The notes below the pieces were generated by a model, which made no database searches, was not told where the DNA came from, and saw only the letters and a list, made by a program, of their open reading frames with translations. From positions 62,001 through 126,000 of the forward strand of contig JAQGDQ010002369.1 of assembly GCA_030141605.1 (NCBI GenBank): a stretch of DNA of 64,000 bases. The letters run 5' to 3'. Made by a program: the position numbers and the translations under genes. How positions within the stretch are numbered: the stretch's first letter is position 1; the number at the start of each line of letters is the position of its first letter. This document shows positions 29,945-38,928 of this stretch, in pieces. The stretch comes from Tubiluchus corallicola (lineage: Eukaryota > Animalia > Priapulida).

Positions 29945-31197
29945 AAAGCGCCTCTTCGTAAAGGAAGTATAATGGTGAATGTCGTTCCCTTTCCTTTGTT
30001 GGACCGAACTTCAAGAGTTCCATAATGGGCCTGAACGATTTTATGAGCCTCACTCAGCCCGAGGCCATTCCCTTTTTGTTTTGTCGTGAAGAAAGGAGAG
30101 AAAATTTTCTCGATATTCTTTTTTTCTATCCCCTCGCCAGAATCAGTGATACTAATCAGGAGGGTGGGATCATTTTTGATCAATGAGATCGACAGGTTGC
30201 CTCCCTGAGGCATCGCCTGAAAAGCATTGACCATCAAATTCAAAAGAGCGCGTCTCATCGATTCCTCGTCCAAAGGGGCCTGAAATGATTCGATCGGCAG
30301 GTGCATTTGAAGCCGCACATTCTTGGGAAATGAAGGGTCAGCCTTAATGAACTTGCATACTTTTCTGAGAAAGAGGACCAGATCAGTCTGTTTGGGTTCG
30401 ATCTCGATCGGTCTTGCATAATGAAGGACTCTTGCTACGAGACGGTCGAGAGTTTTGGTCCCGTCGATGATCGCCTGACTCATTTCTTGAAGTTCCGGAT
30501 TTTCCGCCAGTTCCCGGTGTAATAAAGTGGCATATCCCCGGATTCCCCCTAAGGGATTGCGGATTTCATGGGCTACGGTTGCTGCCATCTCTCCAAGATC
30601 TTTCATCCGGTCATTTCGGTTGGCAAGGATTTGCAATTTCTGCATCTGTGTGATGTCTCTAAGAATAAGGATCATTCCATGCGATGCCTTCGGACCTTCA
30701 AAAACAAACGTAGTAGAGACTTCGATTTCCTTTGAGTCGAAGAGAACATAGGCCGCTTTTTGCGACAGTCCGAAACTCAGGGCATCCCTCATTGAAAATC
30801 CGAAGAAATCATCGGGAAAAAAGTTCCAAAATCGATTGAAGAGGACCTGATCTGCTTCTCTTTTAAGGATTTCTTCTGCTTCCTCATTCATGATCGTCAC
30901 TGTTCCGGACAGATCGATGAACAGGATTCCCTGAGTGATTTTTTTCAGTATATTATTCAGAAAGTAGCTCAATGTATTGAGCTCTTGCACTTTTTGACTC
31001 AATACCTTGTGTGTTTCTTCTCTTGACTGCTCGAATTCCTCCTGCAATTCCCGGTAGGATTTCTTCAATCGGGCCGTCTCTTTGGAAAAGAGAGAAAAAG
31101 CCCTTGCCAGATGACGCATCCCCTCATGTATAGTGGTGCTTTTAAGCGCAAGGTCAGCCGTTTTGCGAAGCTGATCGATGATGGTATTATTACTCAT
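29941..31197 (-). CDS. atoS: PAS sensor histidine kinase (AtoS; chlamydial CtcB type)
   Basis: AHEIRNPLGG H-box, N box, DSGEG, FFTTK, GNGLGL. Confidence 0.88.
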   Translation of the reverse strand: MSNNTIIDQLRKTADLALKSTTIHEGMRHLARAFSLFSKETARLKKSYRELQEEFEQSREETHKVLSQKVQELNTLSYFLNNILKKITQGILFIDLSGTVTIMNEEAEEILKREADQVLFNRFWNFFPDDFFGFSMRDALSFGLSQKAAYVLFDSKEIEVSTTFVFEGPKASHGMILILRDITQMQKLQILANRNDRMKDLGEMAATVAHEIRNPLGGIRGYATLLHRELAENPELQEMSQAIIDGTKTLDRLVARVLHYARPIEIEPKQTDLVLFLRKVCKFIKADPSFPKNVRLQMHLPIESFQAPLDEESMRRALLNLMVNAFQAMPQGGNLSISLIKNDPTLLISITDSGEGIEKKNIEKIFSPFFTTKQKGNGLGLSEAHKIVQAHYGTLEVRSNKGKGTTFTIILPLRRGAL

Positions 31198-31225
31198 AAT
31201 GGAAGCCTTCCCTTCTTCGGACTAT

Positions 31226-32056
31226 ATGCATCGGCTGAAAATTGTAAAGACAGCTCTTTTCTTCTTGGTCTTTCTCTTTTCTTGCAGTGGTCTTGAAAAA
31301 TCAGAATCGGACAAGGTAAAAAGAGAGAATTCCAAAGCGGAATACATCTATAGAAAAGCTGATGAAAAGCTCTTTGCCCTACCCAAGCTGGAACATCGAG
31401 AACGGGAACCTTACCCATGGGAAGATCCGGATGGAAGTCTGTTTCCGAAAATCACCAAAGAATTTTTCCGGTGCAAGGGGAGTCCCATGCATCCTTTTCA
31501 GGCTTATCAAGAGAAAACACTGCAAGACTGCGAAGGCTTCGAAAAACATAGCCTTCCTATTCATAACGACCATGAATTTATCTATCCCGTACTCCTCGAT
31601 TTACTCAATTACATCCAGAGAAAGACGAAAAAGAAGGTCGTCATTACGTGTGGACACCGGTGTCCCATTCATAGTACCTATGCAGACCCCAGAAAGGAGA
31701 ATCAAACTTCAAAGCACCTGATCGGTGCCGAAGTGGACTTCTACGTCCAGGGGCTGGAGGAAAGACCTATGGAAGTAATAGAGACCCTTCTTCAATTCTA
31801 TGTAGAGACTCCCGCCTATCGGGGTGTAGTCGACTATGAGAAGTTCTACCGTTTCCGGGGAGAGACCGATGTAACGACCATTCCCTGGTACAACAAGGAG
31901 ATCTTCGTCAAACTCTACCAAAAGCATGAAGGTAGAGACTTTGACAACCGACATCCTTTCCCATACATCTGCATTCAGGTCCGCTATGACCGGGACCGCA
32001 GAAAAACGGTCTCCTATTCCTGGGCCCAGGCCCACCGCGGCTATCATCGCTTCTAA
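31226..32056 (+). CDS. Lipoprotein with peptidase M15-like fold
   Basis: Lipobox-like LFSC; ITCGHRC..H and SKHLIGAEVDF resemble M15A motifs. Confidence 0.55.
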   Translation: MHRLKIVKTALFFLVFLFSCSGLEKSESDKVKRENSKAEYIYRKADEKLFALPKLEHREREPYPWEDPDGSLFPKITKEFFRCKGSPMHPFQAYQEKTLQDCEGFEKHSLPIHNDHEFIYPVLLDLLNYIQRKTKKKVVITCGHRCPIHSTYADPRKENQTSKHLIGAEVDFYVQGLEERPMEVIETLLQFYVETPAYRGVVDYEKFYRFRGETDVTTIPWYNKEIFVKLYQKHEGRDFDNRHPFPYICIQVRYDRDRRKTVSYSWAQAHRGYHRF

Positions 32057-32096
32057 ACTCTCGAAAAATATTTTTCTTTGAAATGAAATGGATTTG

Positions 32097-32202
32097 TTTT
32101 GGGGAGATTGGAGGTGGGATATTCAAGGCGTGACTCGCAGGCAATACGGATGTATTGCCAAGAGGCAATGACGCCGAAGCCACCCTTCCCATCTCCCCAA
32201 AA
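32097..32202. repeat. ~105-bp nested palindromic element
   Basis: TTTTGGGGAGAT/ATCTCCCCAAAA ends, GGCGT/ACGCC and GGCAATAC/GTATTGCC inner stems. Confidence 0.65.
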
Positions 32203-32204
32203 AT

Positions 32205-32288
32205 TGCCGATGATAGGACTCGAACCTACACCTAGTTGCCCAGAGCAGATTTTGAATCTGCCGTGTCTACCAATTCCACCACATCGGC
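32205..32288 (-). tRNA. tRNA-Leu(CAA)
   Basis: Reverse complement folds with GCCGATG acceptor, GCAGA-TT-CAA-AA-TCTGC, long variable arm, GTTCGAGTCC. Confidence 0.95.
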
Positions 32289-32412
32289 AAAAGGATCTTT
32301 CTCATTAGGGAGAAAGAATGGAGAGCAGTATCATAGAAAAGCTTCCGATTATCTTAAAGAAAATTTATCGGCTATTGCAGGAGAGGTATCAGTTTTGTAG
32401 AACCCGGATTGG

Positions 32413-32484
32413 AGGTTATATAACCTGGAATGTAGGTTGATTTCTTTTTCTTGACATTCACCTTGAAATGAGGTTATTTAACCT
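32413..32484 (+). promoter_or_regulatory. Twin palindromic operators around a sigma70-type promoter
   Basis: AGGTTATATAACCT (32413) and AGGTTATTTAACCT (32471); TTGACA at 32451. Confidence 0.6.
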
Positions 32485-32500
32485 TAAAAAGAGGTGAATA

Positions 32501-32836
32501 GTGCTTGAGTATTTATTTGGAAACAAGTACATTGAGAAAACATTTTTTTATCTTCTTATCAATAAGAAATGTTATGCAACGCAGTTGGCAAAGCAATTCA
32601 ACAGTCCTTTGTCTCCTGTTCAGAAAGGGCTGGAAAAGCTGGAGTATGGAGGAGTATTGGTAAGTACTTTGGAAGGAAAGACAAGAATATATCAATGGAA
32701 TCCAAGATATCCTTTTCTTGCCCCTTTAATCCAGCTCATTCAAAAAGCATATGGGTCTATCCCGGAAAAAATAAAAGAGAAATACTATGAACCTCTCACC
32801 AGGAAAAGACCAAGAAGAAAAGGAAAGCCCCTTTGA
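32501..32836 (+). CDS. Winged-helix protein, putative antitoxin/regulator
   Basis: wHTH pattern (YATQLAKQF..SPVQKGLEKLE.GG..EGKTRIY); GAGGTG RBS before a GTG start. Confidence 0.75.
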   Translation: MLEYLFGNKYIEKTFFYLLINKKCYATQLAKQFNSPLSPVQKGLEKLEYGGVLVSTLEGKTRIYQWNPRYPFLAPLIQLIQKAYGSIPEKIKEKYYEPLTRKRPRRKGKPL

Positions 32837-33359
32837 TTTCAATAAAGCCTCCATAAAAGATCTAGCGTCAATCGTCTCAAACAAGTTAATCGAATTTGGG
32901 ATCGAAAGCATTTTGGTAGGAGGGGCCTGCGTCTCCATCTATTCTCAAAATCGATATCAATCCTATGATTTGGATTATATTGTTTATGAAGAGATGAAAT
33001 CTGTTGAAAAGGCTCTGTTTGAATTGGGATTTGAGAAAGAGGAAAGGTATTTTTCTCATAAAGACTGTCCTTTCTATATTGAATTTGTCTCGCCGCCAGT
33101 TGCCATAGGAAATGAATCTATTCAAAAATTTGAAAAGTTGAATGCAGTCTATGGAGAAATACATCTATTGACACCCACCGATTGTGTAAAAGATCGGCTA
33201 GCAAGCTATTATCATTGGGATGATAGACAAACTTTGGAACAGGCTCTTTTTGTATGCAAAGATCAGACAATAGATCTCTCTGAAGTTAAAAAGTGGAGTT
33301 TGAAAGAAGGTTATGTTGAGAAATTTGAACAGTTTCTTAATAAGTTCAAGAGGGGTTAA
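32787..33359 (+). CDS. Nucleotidyltransferase-fold protein, putative toxin
   Basis: LVGGACV..SYDLD matches the Pol-beta superfamily hGG..DxD motif. Confidence 0.65.
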   Translation: MNLSPGKDQEEKESPFDFNKASIKDLASIVSNKLIEFGIESILVGGACVSIYSQNRYQSYDLDYIVYEEMKSVEKALFELGFEKEERYFSHKDCPFYIEFVSPPVAIGNESIQKFEKLNAVYGEIHLLTPTDCVKDRLASYYHWDDRQTLEQALFVCKDQTIDLSEVKKWSLKEGYVEKFEQFLNKFKRG

Positions 33360-33364
33360 ATGCT

Positions 33365-34435
33365 CTACCAGCGCTGAGACTGTCCGACCAAGGCTGCATA
33401 GGCATTCACTCTGTCAAAGAGGTCCCTTTCACCAAAGAGCTTGAGAGATGTTAGTATTTTCCAGATTCGTATGTCTCGGGTCCCACCAGCGTATTTGCCT
33501 CCGTTATCGACGAGCTGTCCATGAGATCCCTTATTAACGTCATACCCCCAGGATGCGAGTAATAGCTGGACGCCTTCTCTATATTCTTTCATGAAAGCTG
33601 GATTTTGTTTTAAAGAAAGAGCTTCTGAAGGAGTGAGCTTGTATTTGTCTCCTCGTCCTGATGAAGACTGGTCATAGGGAAAAGCCCACCAGTCGAAATG
33701 ACCATTATGGAAACTCGACCAGCTTCCGGTTTTAGCCCAGGTACGGAATTTTACGATCTGAGCATGGTGGTCGGTAATGAAATAGGATCGAACTCCTCCA
33801 GTAGGGACCATTAATGGTTCTGGGGCAGCTCGAAATCTGAGAGAAGATGACTTACGATCATAAGAAGAACCTCGATCTTTTTCGTCGGATCGACGAGGTG
33901 GAGGTGAAACTTCTCTTCCTCGTCTTACTGTATCGATAGGTCTTGTAATAACCCTAGTTCTAGGCGAGGTGTCTCTTTCCACTTTTACTTTTGCAGGTCT
34001 TGCGTAGCAAGAATCATAAACCTTTTTAGTACCCAAGATAGAGAGTGCCGCTATGGAAACAGGCCATGCTACCGAAGCATAAGCTGCGGGAAGACCGTAT
34101 GAAAGAACTAATGCACCAGCACTACTTAATGCCAATCCTTTATCAACCCCATCAAAGGTAAAAGACTGGTATCTTCTTTTTGGAAGGCCTGTTCCTGAAG
34201 CCATCGCTTCTCTCAATAGCCTGAGTTCCCTGAAAACCTTTTGAACTTCAGCACTCCTTCGAAAAAGAGATTGTCCAGTAGGGCTAATCTTAAGCTGGGT
34301 TTCTAGACGTGCATACTCTTGGGAAAATGCGTTGAATTTCTGTCTGTCTTCTTGGGTGGAGTTCTCACCTAACGATTCTCTATAACTCATAATTTGAGCT
34401 GTAAGTACGTCAAAATATCCTTCAGGAATACTCAT
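33365..34435 (-). CDS. Putative effector: hydrophobic hairpin plus OGFr-like C-terminal domain
   Basis: Bilobed hydrophobic stretch; H.DWWAFP...S, L..WG, RIWKILTSLKLFG resemble the OGFr conserved region. Confidence 0.55.
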   Translation of the reverse strand: MSIPEGYFDVLTAQIMSYRESLGENSTQEDRQKFNAFSQEYARLETQLKISPTGQSLFRRSAEVQKVFRELRLLREAMASGTGLPKRRYQSFTFDGVDKGLALSSAGALVLSYGLPAAYASVAWPVSIAALSILGTKKVYDSCYARPAKVKVERDTSPRTRVITRPIDTVRRGREVSPPPRRSDEKDRGSSYDRKSSSLRFRAAPEPLMVPTGGVRSYFITDHHAQIVKFRTWAKTGSWSSFHNGHFDWWAFPYDQSSSGRGDKYKLTPSEALSLKQNPAFMKEYREGVQLLLASWGYDVNKGSHGQLVDNGGKYAGGTRDIRIWKILTSLKLFGERDLFDRVNAYAALVGQSQRW

Positions 34436-34626
34436 TATTATTACTCTCTTTGGCTAAAGAGGGTTTAATTATACCATAAGCATGTAAATACTTTAATCAT
34501 TAAATAAATGTTTATGTTTGTTTTAATAACAAATATTGTTAGTTAATATAATATATTCCTGAAATAGAAAAGGTTGTGAATTAAAGTAATTACTTTGTGT
34601 TGTGGGGGGCTTGAGGAATGGTGTTA

Positions 34627-36459
34627 TTAATAGGCATTTTCGAGCATCCAGTTGATGTGCTCTTCCCTGAGGTTTCTTGGGGTAATATCGGTTAAGGGGA
34701 TGTCTCTAGCGTTGGCTTTCCTCATATCCGAGACAGTCCACCCTCTAGTGGACAGGCCTGTTGCCTGACCGGCAAAATCATTGAAGTCGGCAGTCGTTCT
34801 CCATAAGGTCTCGACCCGGTCATCATCACTGTACTTGAGAAAGGGGTAAGTATATTTCCCATCCATTCTTTTTACGATGCGATTTCCATCGACGTAGTCT
34901 TCCCGTGCCGAAGTGTTGATTCCCATGCCGGTTTCTGGATCTCTCTGAGGGATGATGGCTACATGGGGCGCGAGCTCTGGTTGCGCCTTTAGAAGGTCTC
35001 CCATTGCCTGCTGTTCATGTGTACATTCCTGATTGGGACATTCCCCGTAGGTGGTGCTTAAATTAGGAGCCAGTTCTTTTCTCATAGCCCACACCTTATC
35101 GAAATATTCACGGCTCCAGTCACTATTACGAACCATGACGATTGCAGAATTAAATGGCATGTGCTCATGAATATGGCTTTGGGTGTCTTCGGTTATGATT
35201 ACATGGGTATCGGGATTCAAGGCTCCATTTCTTAGAAGGATGTCTTCGTATCGAACATGAGAATTGGTCACTACTTCATCATCGTCCATCCAGACAATCC
35301 ATTCAGGCTTTTTCCCTAAAGTAGGCTCTTCATCATTCAGGATGCGTCGAATACCAGCAATTTTAGACCAGTAAGGCAACCACTCTTTATCTCCACCAGG
35401 TCCTTTGTCGATGGCCAAGTTTTGGTCATATTCAAGGTACTGATATCCATGCTTCTTGCAATAGGCCCGTTGATTTTCTGCGACCTTATGAGAAATACTC
35501 ATTCTTTCAGGGTTATCGCTCGTATAGGAGGTGAAAACACAGACCTTTGGATTTCGAGTAGGTCTTTTAGAACATTGATAGTCTTCAAGAGAAGACCTGG
35601 TCGCTTTACAATCAATACTTGGATCTTTCTCAGGCTTATAACAACCGGTTTTATCTCCTTTTTTGCAAAGGGGGCCTGTTCGGCTGTGAGATTCAGGGGC
35701 TTGAACGGGAGATGATCCTTCATGAGCCTGTGGCTCATCTTTTGGCGCGGTGTGAGGCTTAGGTTGATCTTGTTGATTTTTTGGAGTGGGCAAACCTTCA
35801 GGCTTGGCTTCAGGAGATGAACCGAAAGAGTTCATCAACACCGGACCCCCATACTTGTAGGCAACCGCAGCTATAGCAACTCCCAAGGCTCCCAAAGCGA
35901 TCCATTTCCAGGGATAGCTGCTTTGAGATTCCTCTTCAGGAACTCTAATAGGATCGGTAGAGCCGGAGCTTTGTCTCTGGAGGACATGGGCTCGGATAGC
36001 TTTTAAATTCTCATTGGCAGTGAACCCTTCTGGCTTATTGGTGAGGCCAAGGGAAATGAACGTTTTAGCTATCTCGTTGTACTCTCGCCTCACATCCAGT
36101 AATTTTTTTGCAGGTGCTGCTTCTCTCAATTGTTTTGAGGCAGCCTCAAGAGCCCTGATTGCTTTTGTCCTGGTATCTTCAAGATCTATTCGAGCCGGTT
36201 TAGGGGAGATGACGGATTGTTTTTCTATCTGTCTGATTCCCTTTTGAATAGCAACTAAGGCCGCTTGGATAGTGGCGCCTTCAGCTTTTCCAACCAATTT
36301 GAGATCGTCTCGATACCTTAAAAAGAGAGCATTATATGACCGTTTCAACTGTACTACATCTTTGCTGGGGTCTGAATGCGAATCGCAAACAGATCTCTGC
36401 ATCTTCAGTACATCCGCTTCAAGAGCTGAAATTGGGCTCCCTATGAAAAAGATAGACAT
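34627..36459 (-). CDS. Putative membrane-anchored effector with GT34 (GMA12/MNN10) glycosyltransferase domain
   Basis: YCKKHGY, WSKI, WIVWMDDD, FNSA..VRNSDWS, EQQAM; central TM helix. Confidence 0.7.
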   Translation of the reverse strand: MSIFFIGSPISALEADVLKMQRSVCDSHSDPSKDVVQLKRSYNALFLRYRDDLKLVGKAEGATIQAALVAIQKGIRQIEKQSVISPKPARIDLEDTRTKAIRALEAASKQLREAAPAKKLLDVRREYNEIAKTFISLGLTNKPEGFTANENLKAIRAHVLQRQSSGSTDPIRVPEEESQSSYPWKWIALGALGVAIAAVAYKYGGPVLMNSFGSSPEAKPEGLPTPKNQQDQPKPHTAPKDEPQAHEGSSPVQAPESHSRTGPLCKKGDKTGCYKPEKDPSIDCKATRSSLEDYQCSKRPTRNPKVCVFTSYTSDNPERMSISHKVAENQRAYCKKHGYQYLEYDQNLAIDKGPGGDKEWLPYWSKIAGIRRILNDEEPTLGKKPEWIVWMDDDEVVTNSHVRYEDILLRNGALNPDTHVIITEDTQSHIHEHMPFNSAIVMVRNSDWSREYFDKVWAMRKELAPNLSTTYGECPNQECTHEQQAMGDLLKAQPELAPHVAIIPQRDPETGMGINTSAREDYVDGNRIVKRMDGKYTYPFLKYSDDDRVETLWRTTADFNDFAGQATGLSTRGWTVSDMRKANARDIPLTDITPRNLREEHINWMLENAY

Positions 36460-36722
36460 TGATATAACCTAAATTATTTTCAATAATTATAGCAAAGCTT
36501 TGATTATAAATTAATTATAAACATTATTTTGTTATGGCTGATTGCGTGTTTTTAAAAAAATGTTTGTAAAATTAGAGGTTAAGATATTAAGTAATATACT
36601 CTAAGTGATTTAAGAATAGATTTTATTTGGTTTATATATCATCTATCTTGTTAGAGGTAGTTAGTAAGTTTAATTTAAAGGTTTAATATGATATAATATT
36701 CTCTTTAATTTTGGGAGGAAGT

Positions 36723-37099
36723 ATGTCTATCACATCAGTATCTGTCACGCATCCACCTCCTGATCAGAGAAGGGAAGAGACTTGGGGCATTCCCTGGAAG
36801 AAGATCTCTTTCAGATCTATGAGTATATTTCTCCTTCTCATCTTGATGATGCAGGTATTGTCGCCTATTATTATGCTACATCCCAGTCTCCCAACCTATA
36901 TAACGATCTCTACGAGGCCCTTCTTTTGACCCAACGTTCGATTGGGGCAAGAGGAAAAAAAATTTCCTCTTTTGATATCTATTCCATGTATCAACAGTTT
37001 TTCCAGAGAGTTGTCCATGCAAGGATGAAACATCTTTCCGGAGAAATCAATTCTTTAGCGTTTGATCAATTTATTCATCATTTTCATAGTGAAATTTAA
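36723..37099 (+). pseudogene. Hypothetical protein, apparently frameshifted
   Basis: GGAGG RBS and ATG at 36723; a protein-like frame continues in the -1 frame from ~36764. Confidence 0.35.
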
Positions 37100-37117
37100 T
37101 TAATTGTAATAAAATTT

Positions 37118-37145
37118 TTGCAATAAAATTTCCGTTTGTTACAAT
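37118..37145 (+). promoter_or_regulatory. Sigma70-type promoter
   Basis: TTGCAA-16nt-TACAAT with extended TG. Confidence 0.55.
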
Positions 37146-37151
37146 AAGCCT

Positions 37152-37230
37152 AGAGGGCGAGAAGAAGTTCTCCGACGAGAGAGAGCCGAAAGGACGTAAG
37201 CCGGGGAAGCCTTAACGAAAGCTTACACAG
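37152..37230 (+). ncRNA. Structured 5' leader that can pair with the 3' UTR of the same gene
   Basis: GC-rich segment in AT-rich context, two GAAA loops, complementarity to 38253-38287. Confidence 0.5.
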
Positions 37231-37261
37231 AAAAAAAACAAAATGATTGGGGGGAAGTACC

Positions 37262-38239
37262 ATGTCCGAGATGGAAGACAATCCTACTTACCCTTCTGAG
37301 GAAAGCATGGGGGAAAACCCAACCGAACAAGTAACTGTGCATTCCAATGAAGAGGTCGCAAAAGTGGATACTCTTCAACAAGCGATGGACGAATTCGCTT
37401 TAGAAGAAAGTTATTCACGTGGTGAAGTGCCACAAGTCTATCAAATGGATCCAGAAGCAAGTCTAACCTTGAATTCAGATCCTTTGGTGACATCTGACAA
37501 CATCCTTGGAGGAATGATTGAGGAAGTCAATCACCTTATGAAGGATGAAATCGCTCAAATCCAGAAATTCCAAAAGAGCATTGATTTCTGGGAAAACAAA
37601 ATTGAGAAGAACAAAGCAGCTATCGAGAAAAATCTTAGCCAAATCAATCGCAACAACAAAGAAATTGTCTATGACAAGAAAAATCGTGATTATTGGTTTT
37701 CTCGATCAGAGCAAGTTATGCTTGATTACAGCAATGCCGAAGCAGCCGGCCGTGAGGGCGACTGGTCTTGGCTTGTGAAAAAGTGGGGACTTAAAGGGGC
37801 AGATAGCGATCCAATCGATACTCGCCATCCATGCGTCGAAGAGTTCTGCAACGGTAGTGCAAGTAATCTTGCAGCAGAGTACAAAGGAACTGGAAACAAG
37901 TTCGAAAATGCGAAAAAGGACAAAGAAATCGAAAACAACCGAATGATTCGCGAAAACGCCAAATACAAAAACACAGGCGAAACTCTGCAAAACTACATCC
38001 AATCGACCTACTCAAGTAAAATTGAGCCGGTACAGGATGGAGTTCTTCTTTATAAAGAACTATCAGCAAAACTGAAAAGCTTCGCAACTCAAGGATCCGA
38101 TCCAACCTTCGGAGACATGAGAGAATGGGCAGAAGTTTTCTTGAGCGAGTTCATCAAAGATAATCCAAGGGTGCCGCAGCACGTCGTCACGCAATTTAGA
38201 AGAATTGCATCGATTCCTCTACCAGCTGAATGGAGCTAA
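37262..38239 (+). CDS. Orphan coiled-coil protein with acidic N-terminus
   Basis: Long ORF after a G-rich RBS; heptad regions; many TTC/AAC/ATC codons. Confidence 0.75.
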   Translation: MSEMEDNPTYPSEESMGENPTEQVTVHSNEEVAKVDTLQQAMDEFALEESYSRGEVPQVYQMDPEASLTLNSDPLVTSDNILGGMIEEVNHLMKDEIAQIQKFQKSIDFWENKIEKNKAAIEKNLSQINRNNKEIVYDKKNRDYWFSRSEQVMLDYSNAEAAGREGDWSWLVKKWGLKGADSDPIDTRHPCVEEFCNGSASNLAAEYKGTGNKFENAKKDKEIENNRMIRENAKYKNTGETLQNYIQSTYSSKIEPVQDGVLLYKELSAKLKSFATQGSDPTFGDMREWAEVFLSEFIKDNPRVPQHVVTQFRRIASIPLPAEWS

Positions 38240-38284
38240 GGGGAGCAAAGAGCTGTGCGGTTTTCCCGCCGGGTTTCTCGTTGG

Positions 38285-38315
38285 GAGGTGGAGACTCAGG
38301 TCACCACCTCTTTTT
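38285..38315 (+). terminator. Rho-independent terminator
   Basis: GAGGTGG..GAC/GTC..CCACCTC followed by TTTTT. Confidence 0.7.
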
Positions 38316-38366
38316 CGTGTGTGAGGGTGATCTGGGAAAATTGCTATCGATTCATCATTTTATTGA

Positions 38367-38819
38367 GTGCATCTGCTGCGCTCTGCCTTCTCGGAAATAG
38401 CCTTTGACTATTCCCTTCGAGGGCAGAACTTACATCTGCATTCTCTAAAATGTGACTCGATCGCAATTTTCCCAGATGTTGTTGCGCATCCTGGTGAAGG
38501 AGAAAAACATCCTTTGCACCTGGCCTGTTTTGAAAGGGCGCTGAAGCATAGTAATTTGTGTCCGATTTGCAGAGAGTCCTTGGAAGATCGCGATATTGAG
38601 AAAATCAATCCGGATGATCATTCCTGTGTGCGGATCTCTGAAAAATATTCGAGAAGAAACGAAGGAAGTGACTTGTTGGTTGCAGCTCTTGTTGCGAATC
38701 AATTGTTTAATAATCGAAGAAATTTTTATTACGATCCATTTTATAGAGATCCTTTCTTTGGTTTTGATTCATTTTTATTACATCCTTTTTATAACAGACA
38801 AATCGTTATTTTTCTTTAA
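38367..38819 (+). CDS. RING-H2-like zinc finger protein; 5' end uncertain
   Basis: AH..KHPLHLAC..CPICR. Confidence 0.5.
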   Translation: MHLLRSAFSEIAFDYSLRGQNLHLHSLKCDSIAIFPDVVAHPGEGEKHPLHLACFERALKHSNLCPICRESLEDRDIEKINPDDHSCVRISEKYSRRNEGSDLLVAALVANQLFNNRRNFYYDPFYRDPFFGFDSFLLHPFYNRQIVIFL

Positions 38820-38928
38820 AATTTCCTTTTAACATCAAAACATTTTCATTGTTTTTTTTAATTTTATATGTTTAAATTTATGCGCTTAGATAGAAGAACT
38901 GGGCTTGTTTTGCAAAATAGACTTTAAA

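Noticed and set aside
32099-32308. 69-aa ORF
   Set aside because: Overlaps the palindromic element and the antisense of tRNA-Leu
37152-37230. c-di-GMP-I or c-di-AMP riboswitch
   Set aside because: GAAAGGACGTAAGCC is only loosely similar; the conserved cores are missing and the segments pair better with the 3' UTR
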